A DNA stretch of 64,000 nucleotides. It comes from an uncultured bacterium. GTDB taxonomy: Bacteria > Omnitrophota > Omnitrophia > Omnitrophales > Abzuiibacteriaceae. The position numbers and the translations under genes were made by a program. How positions within the stretch are numbered: the first letter of the stretch is position 1; the number at the start of each line of letters is the position of its first letter. A model generated the notes under the pieces. That model saw only the letters and a program-made list of their open reading frames with translations, ran no database searches and was not told where the DNA came from. Location of the stretch: contig CAYLXA010000006.1 in the NCBI GenBank assembly GCA_964387845.1, forward strand, positions 64,001-128,000, in the 5' to 3' direction. Of the stretch, positions 28,401 through 40,400 are shown in pieces.

Positions 28401-31400
28401 AAAGCAAAGACGGCCGACATTATCGCCGCAATCAAAGCGATTGGGTTTGATGATGAAGATCTCGAGCTTCTGTCGCAGCTTTCCGGCATTAACGCGGATT
28501 CTTCCGTTCAGGAATGGCGTTATGTTTACACGCAGGTCCGCCGGATCTTCGAAAAAATGTACAAAGTCCGAGACCAGCGCCACGGTGAAGCAAAAGCGGA
28601 ATCCAAAGAACCTTTGGTGGACCGCATTCTGCGCGCGTCCTGGAGTGCTGTGAAATGGTTTTCGAATCCATTCAAAGTGGGTAAGTGGCTGATCACGGTT
28701 GGCCCTCACTTGCTCGATAGTTTTTATTTTGGCTACACACGCCGCGCTTGGCAAATGACGCTTTTTGGAAAAGATATTAAACCATTTAACCGAGCGGATC
28801 ATATACAACAGGTTGTGGATACTTTGTCCGGAGCGATGTTGAATGCCAGAGAAAAGAACTTTGATTCATTTTTAAACCGGAGTCGGTTTGGAAATTCCAA
28901 TTGGAGCATTGTGTACCGTTTTGTTGATAAATACATCTCAAAATTATTTGTATTGCCGCACTTTGAATTTTTCATGAAACGCTGGAAGATGGCAGTTTTT
29001 GGTGTATTTGCACTCGGAACCGTGTCTGTGTTGCTGCCTGCAAGCGTCGCCGGCTACAGCTTGCTCGGTCCGGTGGGCATCTGGATTACAAGCGCTTTTG
29101 AAGGCGCAGGGTTCCTTAGCGTTGCTGCCAATGCTTTTGTTCATGCATTTACGGTTTCTTCATTTCTCAACACAGCGATTTTAGCGTTCATGCTTACTAT
29201 TCCTAATTTTGCAAAGCGTTTCTCCAATCTTCGCATGGACCGTATGATCATTACCCAGCTCGGGCGTTTGAAAAATCTGCAATCTTTGGATTATCCGGTT
29301 GTGCGTAAAGTTCTGAGCGATGTTACGCAGGGCGGGTTGCCCGTGGAGCAAAAATTACAAATCATTTTGGAATTGCAATCACTTCTTCCGCATGTCCGTT
29401 ACGATAATGACTCGCAGAAAACTTTATTTACGACTTTGGTCCATGACGAAGTGAGCCGAATTCAGGATGCGCTCAAAAGCAGCACGCAGGAACGCGCACC
29501 GCCAGTAGTTGAATCACCAAACTTGATCCAACGCTACATCATTTCTCCTCTCTTTGGTGTCATTCGCGCTACTTTCACAATCAACTTCGCAAAAGCGTTC
29601 GCAAAATCCATGTTTGGCATGCTGACGGTCGGTGCCGAAATCGGTGCTTTGGCGGGCGGCCATGCTCCAGGCGAGTACGGCGCTGCGCATTACATGGATG
29701 AATACCTGCTCTCGAAGCCCGTTTCATTCATCATGAAAAATATCACCGGCAATGCGGATTTCGATATCCAGGTTTCTTACTTTGAACCGGCGGTCAATTA
29801 CGTTGAACGCTTCATGATCAATGTCGGCCACTATGCGGTTGAAGGTGTCGAACACACATTCGGATTTAGTGCAGCAGAAATAGTCGCCAAAACATGGGCG
29901 AGCGTCCTCAATACTTTCGGCATTAAAACCGAGGTCGGTCAATTACTCTCAGAAGGCATCAGCCTTCAAGAAATTGAAGTGGCTCGTCAATTAGGCCTGC
30001 CGGCACAATTTCTAAAGTTCGGACAAAAAATACCAGAACCGCAAAAACAAATCGCCGCAGCGCCTGCCACAGGCGGCGCAGCGGGTATGGGACTTGCCAT
30101 GAACCCGATGCTGGCGATCGCTCAGATTGCCGCTATCAGCGCGATGGGTTCTACAAAAGAAGTACGGGATGGTACCGAATACAAAGATGAAAAGCCGAAG
30201 GGGGCGGCGATTCCGCCCGTTCTTTTTGAGAAATTTGAATTTGCGGTACCGCTTCATTCAAGCGTAGCAAATTTAGAAAACCTGAGAAAAGACTACGGAT
30301 CAGTTCCTGCTTCAGAAAGATACCAGGCTGCTCTGGCATTGCCAAAAGCCGAGGAAGAATATGAGGCGGCAAAGAAGAAAGCTTTCCTGAATTTGTTTGC
30401 CTCAGAGCGTCTGGCCGCAAAAGAAAAAGTTGATAGGTTGCAGTCGCTTACCGGAGATTCGATCTTAAAAGAAAAACAAAAAGTTTTCTGGAAACTGATC
30501 AAAGAAATTGACGAGCGCCAGAAATCCCTCGATAAGACCATCGAACAAATTTATAAAAGCGTTACCCATTACACTTCCGATAAGAAAGCAGCAGAACAAT
30601 TTATTGAGGAAGCCAGAGATCAGATTTCGGCGATGCGCGCGATGACGGATTATTTTTCCGCAGATGACGCGCGCTACGCCGTTAGAACCGGCGCCTGGCA
30701 GGTCATGGATGCCGCAGCTTCGGATAAAGAAGTAGCAAAAATTCGCGCGGATATGGCAAGCCGTGAACAAAAAATGGTGGGCCAACTCGAAAGAGTCAAA
30801 GATATTTTAGACCAGTGGCCGACCTATGTAGAAAGTGTTTTGAGCGGCGCTGACGTTGATGTGCCGGCACGTCTCATTGATGAAGAATATCTTCCATGGG
30901 GCGAGCGGGCAAAAGTTTGGCTGGCGGGAAAAGGCATTCCGAATGAAGTGATTGTTTCCACCGAAGGATTAATGACTTTGCTCCATGGTGTGCCTATTCC
31001 GATGCCGTGGGCTCAAAATGAAAGTTGGAAGGGGTCTTTACGGGTCGCGCAACATGATGTGAATCAGGGGCGGGCGGTTCTTGTTGTAACTGATCAAGGC
31101 AATGACTCTATCCGGCATGATGGTGCCGAAGTTTTTAGAGCAGGCTTGAAGGCAGGCATTAAAGAGGCTCTCGTGCTGCGTCATGACCTGATGCCATCGC
31201 AACGAAACAACTTCGTCGTAACGGCGACTTTTTATAGCGCTTCTGCTGAGCGGCTCATTCCTGTGCTCCTGGATGTGGTACGTCAGAATCCGGATATCAA
31301 ATTCAACGCGCGGATGTACGACACGACATTGCAAAAAACCAGTTCCAAACAAGCCGAAACAATCGCCAAACTGGAACAGGATGCTAAAGTTCTGCCCAAT

Positions 31401-34400
31401 CTTTTTGTTCTCAATTTGATCATGGATGACGGCGGTTATTCAAACAAGGGAATTGACGGCACGCCGGATCGGGTGGTCAATTATGAGGTGAGGCGCAACA
31501 ATGGGAAAGGTCCTTTTATCGGACATTTCCCCGGTATTGGCGGAGCTGACGACCCGGATACATTTGCTGCTGTTATGAAATTTAGAAAACAAGAGATAGG
31601 CGCGGCCTCTTCTGCAGCAGCAGAACCAGTTTCTGAGCCCAAAACGAGACATCACGTTGTTGTGGTGTATCAGGGAAAATCGGCCACACCTCCTGTCGAT
31701 AAGGTTGTTGATCAAGTTGAAGGATTGGGCGGCTGGCAGATCGCGAGAATGAAGGGCAATGAATTCAGCGATACAGTCCGTTCTCAAAAAGCGCTTGTCG
31801 CAAAAAAAGTTGAAGAATTCAAGTCTTTAAATCAGCCAGTAAAAGCGGTGACTCGCGTTGATCAATTTGAACGCGCTTTAATTAAAGAAACAGAGTCAGA
31901 AATCGTGCCGCAGCAAACCGCTGAGGTAAAAGCAGAGACAGAAAAGATTCAGGTTGCATTGACTAGCGCAATGCCGAAGCTTCAAGAGGTCGAGCCGGTT
32001 GCCGAAGAAGCGATTGAGCTTGTGTCGGCGGCACAAAAGAAAAGTGCTGTCGAGCAGCCGGTCTTGCTTTCGGATCTACCGCCCTTGTCCTATAGCCAAT
32101 ACCGCTCAGAACAAACCCCGGGCGAACAGCTTTCCGGAATTGATCAATTCGTTTCAAAAGATATTGCGGAACAAATGAGAAAGGATGCCAGCATTTTCTC
32201 ACCGCTTGCCGGCGCACCAGTCGGAACGCCGACGTATGGATTTAGGGACCAAAAGGGCGGGGATATTTTTGAAACTGAAAATCTGAGCGCGCTTGAGCTT
32301 AAGAATCTTGAGAATGAAAGCGAATTTCAATCTGCGGATTTCGCGACTTCCATTCATGTTTTTCTCAAAGCGCGCGATTTGATTAACCGAGGGGCTGCCG
32401 AACGCCGGCTCGAGCTTTTCCTCGAAGCGCTTCGAAAAGTCGAGCTCAGTCCGGACGGCTTGCTGTATGACCGTTACGATATCAAGCGACATTCTAAAAT
32501 AGGCGAGAAGACCAACCTTCAAACATCTAAAGCTATCTACGAATTGGCGGTTCAAATCCAGAGCGAGTACGAACAAATCGCAAAAGGCCGTAGCAAGATT
32601 GATATTCGCCTGATCAAAGAAAAGAATCTGATCCGGCTGGCAGGTTTGGTCAAAGAAAAATTTACGCGCGCACAAAACATCCGCTTACCTGAAATTCCGC
32701 AGCCCGAATTGCCGAAGCGGTTGTTTGTCGAAAAAGATGCCGAACCGCTTCAAATCGAAGAATCCGTCGCAGCATCCAAGCCTTTGCTTGCGCCTGAAGT
32801 GGTGCGCGTACCTCAAACCGCAGCGGTGAGCGGTGAGCGTGCGGTTGTTTCGAGCGTTGAAGAAATTGAGTTGGTGGCAGTGTCAACCCGGCCGCTTGTC
32901 GAAGAAAAAGTTTTGGAGCCGGCCGTTGAAAAGCAAGAGCCGGCGGTTGCGCTTGTTGAATCAATTCCGGCGCCGGAGCAGGAAAAAGTTGAACCAAAAC
33001 CGGCGGTCATATCAGTCCAATACGAAATGCCGGGAAAAGGCGGTGATGTTAAAGTCGCTTATCCGGAATTTGAGCCCGGCCAAGTTCAAGTCATGTTCCA
33101 AACGGAAGTATCCGTTCCGGAAAAACCGGCTCCGGTTCCTGCTTCTGCTCCGCCTAGCACGACTCAAGCCAATCAGCCGGCAAGCCTTCAGGCAATTGAA
33201 GAAAAAACAGTTCAAGCCGTTCCGGCCGCAGCGCCGAGTTTGGTTTCGGCGAATAAGCCCGTTTCAATTGATGAAAGAGAGCCGGTTGAAATGGAAATCA
33301 AAATTGCCCAACAGCCTGAGAAGGTTGAAGAAGTTGAAAAGGCGGAACCAAAGGTGCCCGCCCAAAAGTTGCGCATTCAGCTTCCGGATTTCAAGCGATG
33401 GATAAAATCCGCCAAAATTGCGGCTGCAGGACTCGTGGCACTTTCCGGCGCCTGGGTCAATGAAGTTTCGGCAAAATTTCAAGCAATTCCTCCCGCTACT
33501 GTTCAAAAGGCACCAGAAGTAAAAGAAGCCAAAGAAGAAATCGTAAAAGAAGAAATTGCACTCACTCCGCCCGTCAAAATTGAAGCACCAAGCCAGGAAA
33601 AATGGACGGATCTTGAGCATCAAAAGACGGCCGATGTAGTCATGGCGGCTTTGCGCAGCGCGCCGCAGGATTTGCGCGAGAAAGTTTTGGAACTTATCCG
33701 GTCAAAAGCCGGCGCTCCGGATTACATCCGAGAATTTGATGATTTGGTTCCGGTTCCTGAAGACATTCGCTCGCGCGCCAAAATAGAAACTGTCTCTCCG
33801 GGGCAGGAAATTAAATATTTCGGTGAAAAAGAATTTTGGGACGCCATGCAGGCAATTTATCCGCCGGATAAGGATCGTCCGCATTTTACTCCGTCTTATA
33901 TCCGCGACAATAAAGTTGCGATGACGCATGAAGAATTATTGAACCGAAAAGACCTTGAAATTTACGTGAATGGCCGATCGCTCGGCCAAAAATCAGCCGA
34001 TCATTTACGCCAATCTAAAGAACTCGAAAAATTACCCATTTTCTTTATCCGTGTCGGCGCCGGTTTTGTCGGCTTTGATTATACGGGTGCGACGATTTCA
34101 ATCGGTTTGCGCGGCCAATATTCATTGGGCCATGATTTAGCCGAGTGGCGGCAGGTGCTTAATGTGATGTCGGAAGAACATAAAGTAGCGGCAGATATTC
34201 TGAAACGTTACGTTGCGTTCAGGGCCGTTGGATATCAATACGCACAAGCGCAAGAAAAAGTGAGTAATGCGGATGCGGAAATCAAACGCATGAACGAACA
34301 GCTTGCGAAGGGAATCTATCAAGTCGCAACTCATCAGGACGAATACGCGATCGGAAAAGCCATCAGCATCATTCAGCATGAAATTAAAACTCAGCAACAA

Positions 34401-37400
34401 TGGCGTTACAACCAGTACGACACGAGCCGTGTTTTAGGCGAAATCATGAAGCTTGACTCGCGTCAAGTGCATGTTGAATTAAATTCCGATTATGTGCGCC
34501 AAATCCGAAAAGAGTTTGCGGATGCGCCCAATTCTCTGAAATCGTTGGATCCCTATAAGCAGCAGGAAATTTATTTGAAGACAGCGATGGAAATTTTGAG
34601 TGACCGGATTGAATTGGCCCAGAGGCACCTGTCCAGCATCAGCTACGAACTTCGTTTCGATATCTTTTTGGCCAATAAGGCTTCGGACCTTTTGGCTCTG
34701 ATCGGCGGCTTTGGCGTCAGGAAAGGCAACGACCGGACACTTGGGCAAAAATACATTGACATCGCCAAAAAACAGATCGACCGCTACAAACAGTACGGCG
34801 ATGAGCGTTACAAGGTTGAAAAACTGGTTCGTGATTATCAAAAATTGAAAGAAAGATACGACACGACCTATACGGAATCCGTGAAGGCAGCGCAAAAACA
34901 TTATGAATTGGCCAAAAAGTTGGATGCGCTCGAAGTCATTCCGATTAACGAACTAGAACAGGCTTGGAAGGCCTATGAAAGTCAACTCAAGGAGAAAGAT
35001 GCGCTGTATGTACAACTTCAACGCATTGTTGCTGAGATGGAAGGGCTCCGCACTGCCCAGCTTTCAGCAGAATCGATTGAGAATCCGTCGCCAACCATGC
35101 GCGAACTTCAAAAGCTTGAGCAGCGCCTCAAAGATACGGATCAAATTGATTCGTTGGTTCAAATCAGGGAAGCCGAAGGTGTCACCGGCAATGAGCTTCA
35201 GTTTTATAAACGCATCCAGCAAAATCCGGACAAGGAAAGATCGGATATTCAAGCGGAGCGGGTTGAATTGGTAAGACAGCTGCGCGAAGATGCGAGCCGC
35301 ATTAGAGCGATTCAGGATAAAAGCGGGCTCAATATTGATTATCTCTATCCTCTGGATTCTCGAAAAGGTGAATGGATGTGGAAAACCGGCCGGGCAATCA
35401 AGGGGTTGGACGGTAAATATTACACAATCCCAATGCTAATTCCCATTAAGGCCGAATACCAGAGTTATGCGGAAAGTTTGATGGAACGCGGCCTCGCAAA
35501 ACAAAATTTCCTGGGTAACTTTCAATCATCATTTTCGGACCGCCATATTGAAGACCAAGCTCACGAGTTAATGAACCGGTATCTCGAAATCAGGCCGAAA
35601 GACGGACAAAAGCCTGCTTGGAGCCGCGAGGAACGAACACAGAAGATAAAAGAATTTAATGAAATGGCAGAGAGTTATTTAAAACGCCTCGAGGAACTTG
35701 TTCCGGCCTACGCTGCGCTTGATTATGCAGGAAGGCCGAAAAGTTATGGCGAGCGGCTCATGTCCGATGAGGAGTGGCAAAATTTTCACAGCGAATACAA
35801 AAAATTCGAGCGCAGTTATTATGCTGCGCAAGAAATGGTTGCGGAATTAAGCCAGGAAATTTTGCCGGCGACAGGCGATGCCGTCAATCCGCAGATTGAT
35901 GTCTTAAAAGCGCAAAAGTTAGCGGCTGAAACGGCCAAAAAATCAATCGATCTCAACATGTTTGATGAAGCGACAAACATCGCCGATGCTTCTGATTTGA
36001 CAATCCCTGAGCATATCATCGGGCCCGCGACTGTAAGGGCACAAACCACCGATGTGCCGGTCCGGGCTTGGCAAGAAGGCTTATTGTCGGCGGCAATGCC
36101 GATGATCCGAAAGCAGTCCAACGTTCTTTTTGACCTCAATATCCAGGGCTACAACTTCGAATTAGAAAGACTCTTCAAAAAAGATTTTGAAACCAAGGAA
36201 CTCCAGGCAATTCCCGTAATCGGCTGGTTTGTTCCGGGCAGCGATTCTGAAATTACGGAAATGAGAGCGCAGGTGTTGGTTATCCGCCAGAAAGTCATGA
36301 AGCCGGATGACAGCGGTTCGGGCGGCGGCCTTGGCGGTGGCATGGGTGGTGGCGGGCAATTACAGCTTCCGGGCAAATTGGGCAAACTCCAACAAATGAT
36401 GGGACAGATGCAGCAATTGATGGGTTCGTTTCAGGGCCTTGGAAACGGCGCGCAAACATTTCTCGGTGCGGCTGGTCAACGGTTTCCGATGGTAGCCCGT
36501 GCACAGGGCTTGCTGCAAGGAATCAATGCTCAGCAGCAAATCTTTAATCAATTTACAGGCGGCCAGAATTCTTCCCTCCTGCCGTTTGTCACAGGTCAAA
36601 TGAATCAGCTTAATCAAACCGGCCGGATTCCGTCTGTCGGTCTCGCGTCTTCCGGAGCGACAGGGCCGCACGGAGCACTGCAAACATCGACACCGGGCCG
36701 AGTCAGCGGCGAAGCTTATTCGGCGGATGCGTTTAATCAGGGACTTGATTCACTCAGGCAGGGCGGTGATTTAGCGAAGGAAGTGACGGGTAAGCTGCAA
36801 GGTCAAGGCGGTGAGCAGGGTGGTATGACAGAAGAGATCGAATATGAAATTGCCGGCGTGTTTACGGTCCAATTCAAATTAACGGGCAGCAATGAAGAAA
36901 AACAGAATCAGCTGCGCACTCTTATTGCACTTAATGAACAAAATAAAGTGCTTTACGAAACTGACCAGCAGAAGAAACTCCTCGAAATCGCAATTGATTA
37001 TGAGGGTAAGGTCCAGTTGCTCAGGGCAAGAAAGCTTCACCGCGAATTTGTCAATACCACACGGCGAGCTATCCTCGATAAATTCACCGAGTGGCGTGTA
37101 ACGCCGGCGAAACAGGTCGAATTTGAAGCAGATTTAGCCGTCATCGACAAGAACATTGACGACCTAGAAAAAGAAATCGCCGAGACGCCCAATAAAATCA
37201 GGGAAGCGCTGAAGGTTACACCGGAAGCTGCCAACGGCCTGCTGCACATGATGAAATCTGAAATCGAAAAGCACGGCATTGTCGATATTCGCGAACTGAA
37301 CGGCATTGAGAATTTACGCCGCCAAATTGTTGAGAACCCATATGCCGACCGGGCCGCAGGGTACCGTGTGCTTGCTGCTCAGCTGGAAGAATCGCGCGCA

Positions 37401-40400
37401 AAGTTATTTGAGAAAATCAAGAACGCTTATCAGGTTGAGCTGAGCGTCAGCACAAAGCTGGAATTCAATGTGGTGCTTCAGGAATTGGGTTACGCGATCC
37501 GCAATGCAGTCGCGGGTGAACAGCGCGGTACGATTAATGATTTTCTGGGTCAGATTCAAACGGGCCTGAATCCGCAGGAAATGCAAGGCCAAAGAGACCG
37601 GTTAGAGGCGTTGACGACCGCGATCCGGAAAAGCGGTCTCAAGCGCGAAGTGATGGATGCTTTATTTGAAGTTGCGATCGTCGAACGTGTCATGCAGGAA
37701 CGGGTCCGTCAAAATGAGAAAAATCGAATGGAGCAGCTCATTCGTTTAGAGGAAGCGAAGCTGCGTCTTCGGCGCGAAGAAATCCAGCTTGCAAAAATCC
37801 ATGAACAGAAAAGAATCACGCCCGCGGACAATTGGATCAAGCAAGTCCTTCTGTCCGCGGAGATCTATATTCAGGAGCTTTTGCTTATGGGTGCGCGGGA
37901 TGATCTGGCGAAAGCGATAATGCAGTCGCTTTCTGCGATCGCGATGAGCGAGGAAGAAATCCGGTCTTTGCAGGTTTTAACCAACGCAGAGCAGAGAATT
38001 CATGAATCAAACCGCCGGATCGGTCTCCTACAGGCGCAAGCCGTTGAAAGTGATGTGTCAACCCGGGAAGAATTTTTTGAACTCCAGAGAGAGTTGAAAT
38101 GGCTTTATGAGCGAAGAGACCAATATTCCTTGCCAAGCACACCGGACGGCTCTTTGAATGAGTTAGACCAAAAAATTGCAGAAAATCATAAAGCCATTCA
38201 AGCATTGGTTGCTGATGCGCTTCTGCGCAATCCGAAAATCAAAGAAAAAGTTACGAAAGAAGAAGTCATTCGTGATGAGCTCTTAATTTCTAAAAAGAAT
38301 ATCGAAGAAGAAAAGCAGGCTGTGATCAGCCGCCACGATCAAGAGGTGAAAGTGATTTTGGATCCGATGATCCAGCTCCATCAAGAACGTGCACAATTGG
38401 GAATTGATGCGGCCAATCGGCTCGATGTTGAGCGCGCCAAAAAGGGAGAGGACCCGGTTTTGGTCGAGCTCAGCGATGCGCGCCTTGCGCAAAGCGTGAG
38501 CGAAGTGGAGGGAATTGACCGAAACGCTGTCTTGGATGTGATGAGTAAGGTCATGAACGTGATCGGTGATATTGAAGTGGCGCAAACCATGCTGCGGGAA
38601 TGGGACGGAAAAGCGTTACCCCGTTACCTGGATCGCCTGCTCAGGAATCTGTATTTTCTGGCCGGCACCAATCAATTAGACGATGTGCTGCGCGGGACGG
38701 CGCAAGGGTCATTCAAAATGGGTATCGGCGGTTCGCTCATTAGCGATGAAGACCTGAGAAATTTAATCCGCGCGGAAGCCTCGCGCTGGGCGATTCGTGT
38801 GAAAGAAGTTGTCCGCGATAAGATCATCCGGGACGAGCAGGCAAAAATCTACAGCGAATATCTGCAGTATGTCAGTTTGATTGAAGAACTTTATATCGAC
38901 CTCAAAAATATCCGAGCCCTCGAGAAAGCAATCAAGGCTTACGAAGCCCGCGCTAAACGCCAATACGATACAGAGCGCTTAAACGATGCAACCGGCCCTT
39001 ATGAAAAATTAGAACAGGCGAAAGTCCGGCTTTATGTGTCTTTAAAAAGAATCAAGGTCCAGCGCGCACAGCTCGAATTTTTGACTCAGGAATATTTACC
39101 GCACAATGTGTCGGTCTTTAAATCCGTCAAGGCGTCAGGGAAGAGTGTTGAGGAAAATCTGGAGATCGAATTCCGAACCTCGGCGGCTCATGAACAAGGC
39201 GTCGACTTGGAAGCGCTTGGGGCCATGCTCAGCGGTGAAGTGGCTGCCGAAAATCCGTTTCCGGCCGGTTCCGACAAGGCAGTGTTTTGGAATAAATTTT
39301 ATAGATCCAATATCCGCGGCGATGAATTTATCCGTGAAGTCCGCAAGCTGCGGATGTCTCCGGAAGATGTGTCAAAACTCAAAAAAGAAAACGGGCTCGA
39401 GCAATGGATTTGGGGTTCTTCGGACAATCAGTTTCAAGTCGCAAAGGCCATGAACGAAAATTTAAATGCCGATGCCATTGGCTTTTTCCTATTTCCATTT
39501 GGCAGCTTCAAGTTTGACATCAACGCGTTTTTGGGCGGTTCCTGGGACTTCAAAAATAAACCCGAGTTCTTGAATATTATCAACGCTTCAGCCGAAGTGG
39601 AGTTTGACTGGGGCGCCAAATGGCAAGCCTTCCAATCGGCCGTTCAGAAATCTTTGAATGAAGCGTTTAAGCTAGATGAAATTTCAAATGACGCCGTCCG
39701 CCGACGCCATCAAATGCTCATGGAATATGCGTTTATGCAAATCATGTACGAAGCGTCCCAAGAAATATTGAAAACCGCCATCGAAAATGAATCCACATGG
39801 TATAAAGCGCTCATGAGGGGCAAGATTGACTGGGATAAATATTACACATCAAACACGCACGGCCTTGCGCGTATTTGGGACCTCGAGCGTACATTAAAAG
39901 AAGAATGGGTTGCATTGCATGCAGCCAGCCGCAACATTCAAAATTCTCTTGAGGAATCAGGAATTCAAAGCACCTCTGTTTTGATCCAGTCTTTCCCGCT
40001 TCCATTGCCGCCTGAAATTGAACACAAACTGGTGTCGGAAGCCGAGATTCAATTACAAGAGCATGCCGCCCAACAAGAAAAGGCGGCTCTTGAAAAAGCT
40101 GCCCAAGATGCAGCTGCAAGAACGAAATTCTTTTCCGAATTTAAAGACTTATTTTCAAGATTAAAATCACTGACCGAGAACATGTTGGTTAATCTCGAAA
40201 ACGTCATGAATAAACTCGGCGACCTGCAGGATCAATATAAGCCCACGCAGCATCACGGGGAGCTCTCACCTGAAGCAAAAGCAATTTTGCCTGACACGAA
40301 TGAATTTCTGAGAGTCTTGAAAGTCAAAACCCAGAGCGGTGTTGATTCTGTTGATTTGGAAACATTTGCCGAACGAATGGCAACGTTTGGAAGAGAGCGG

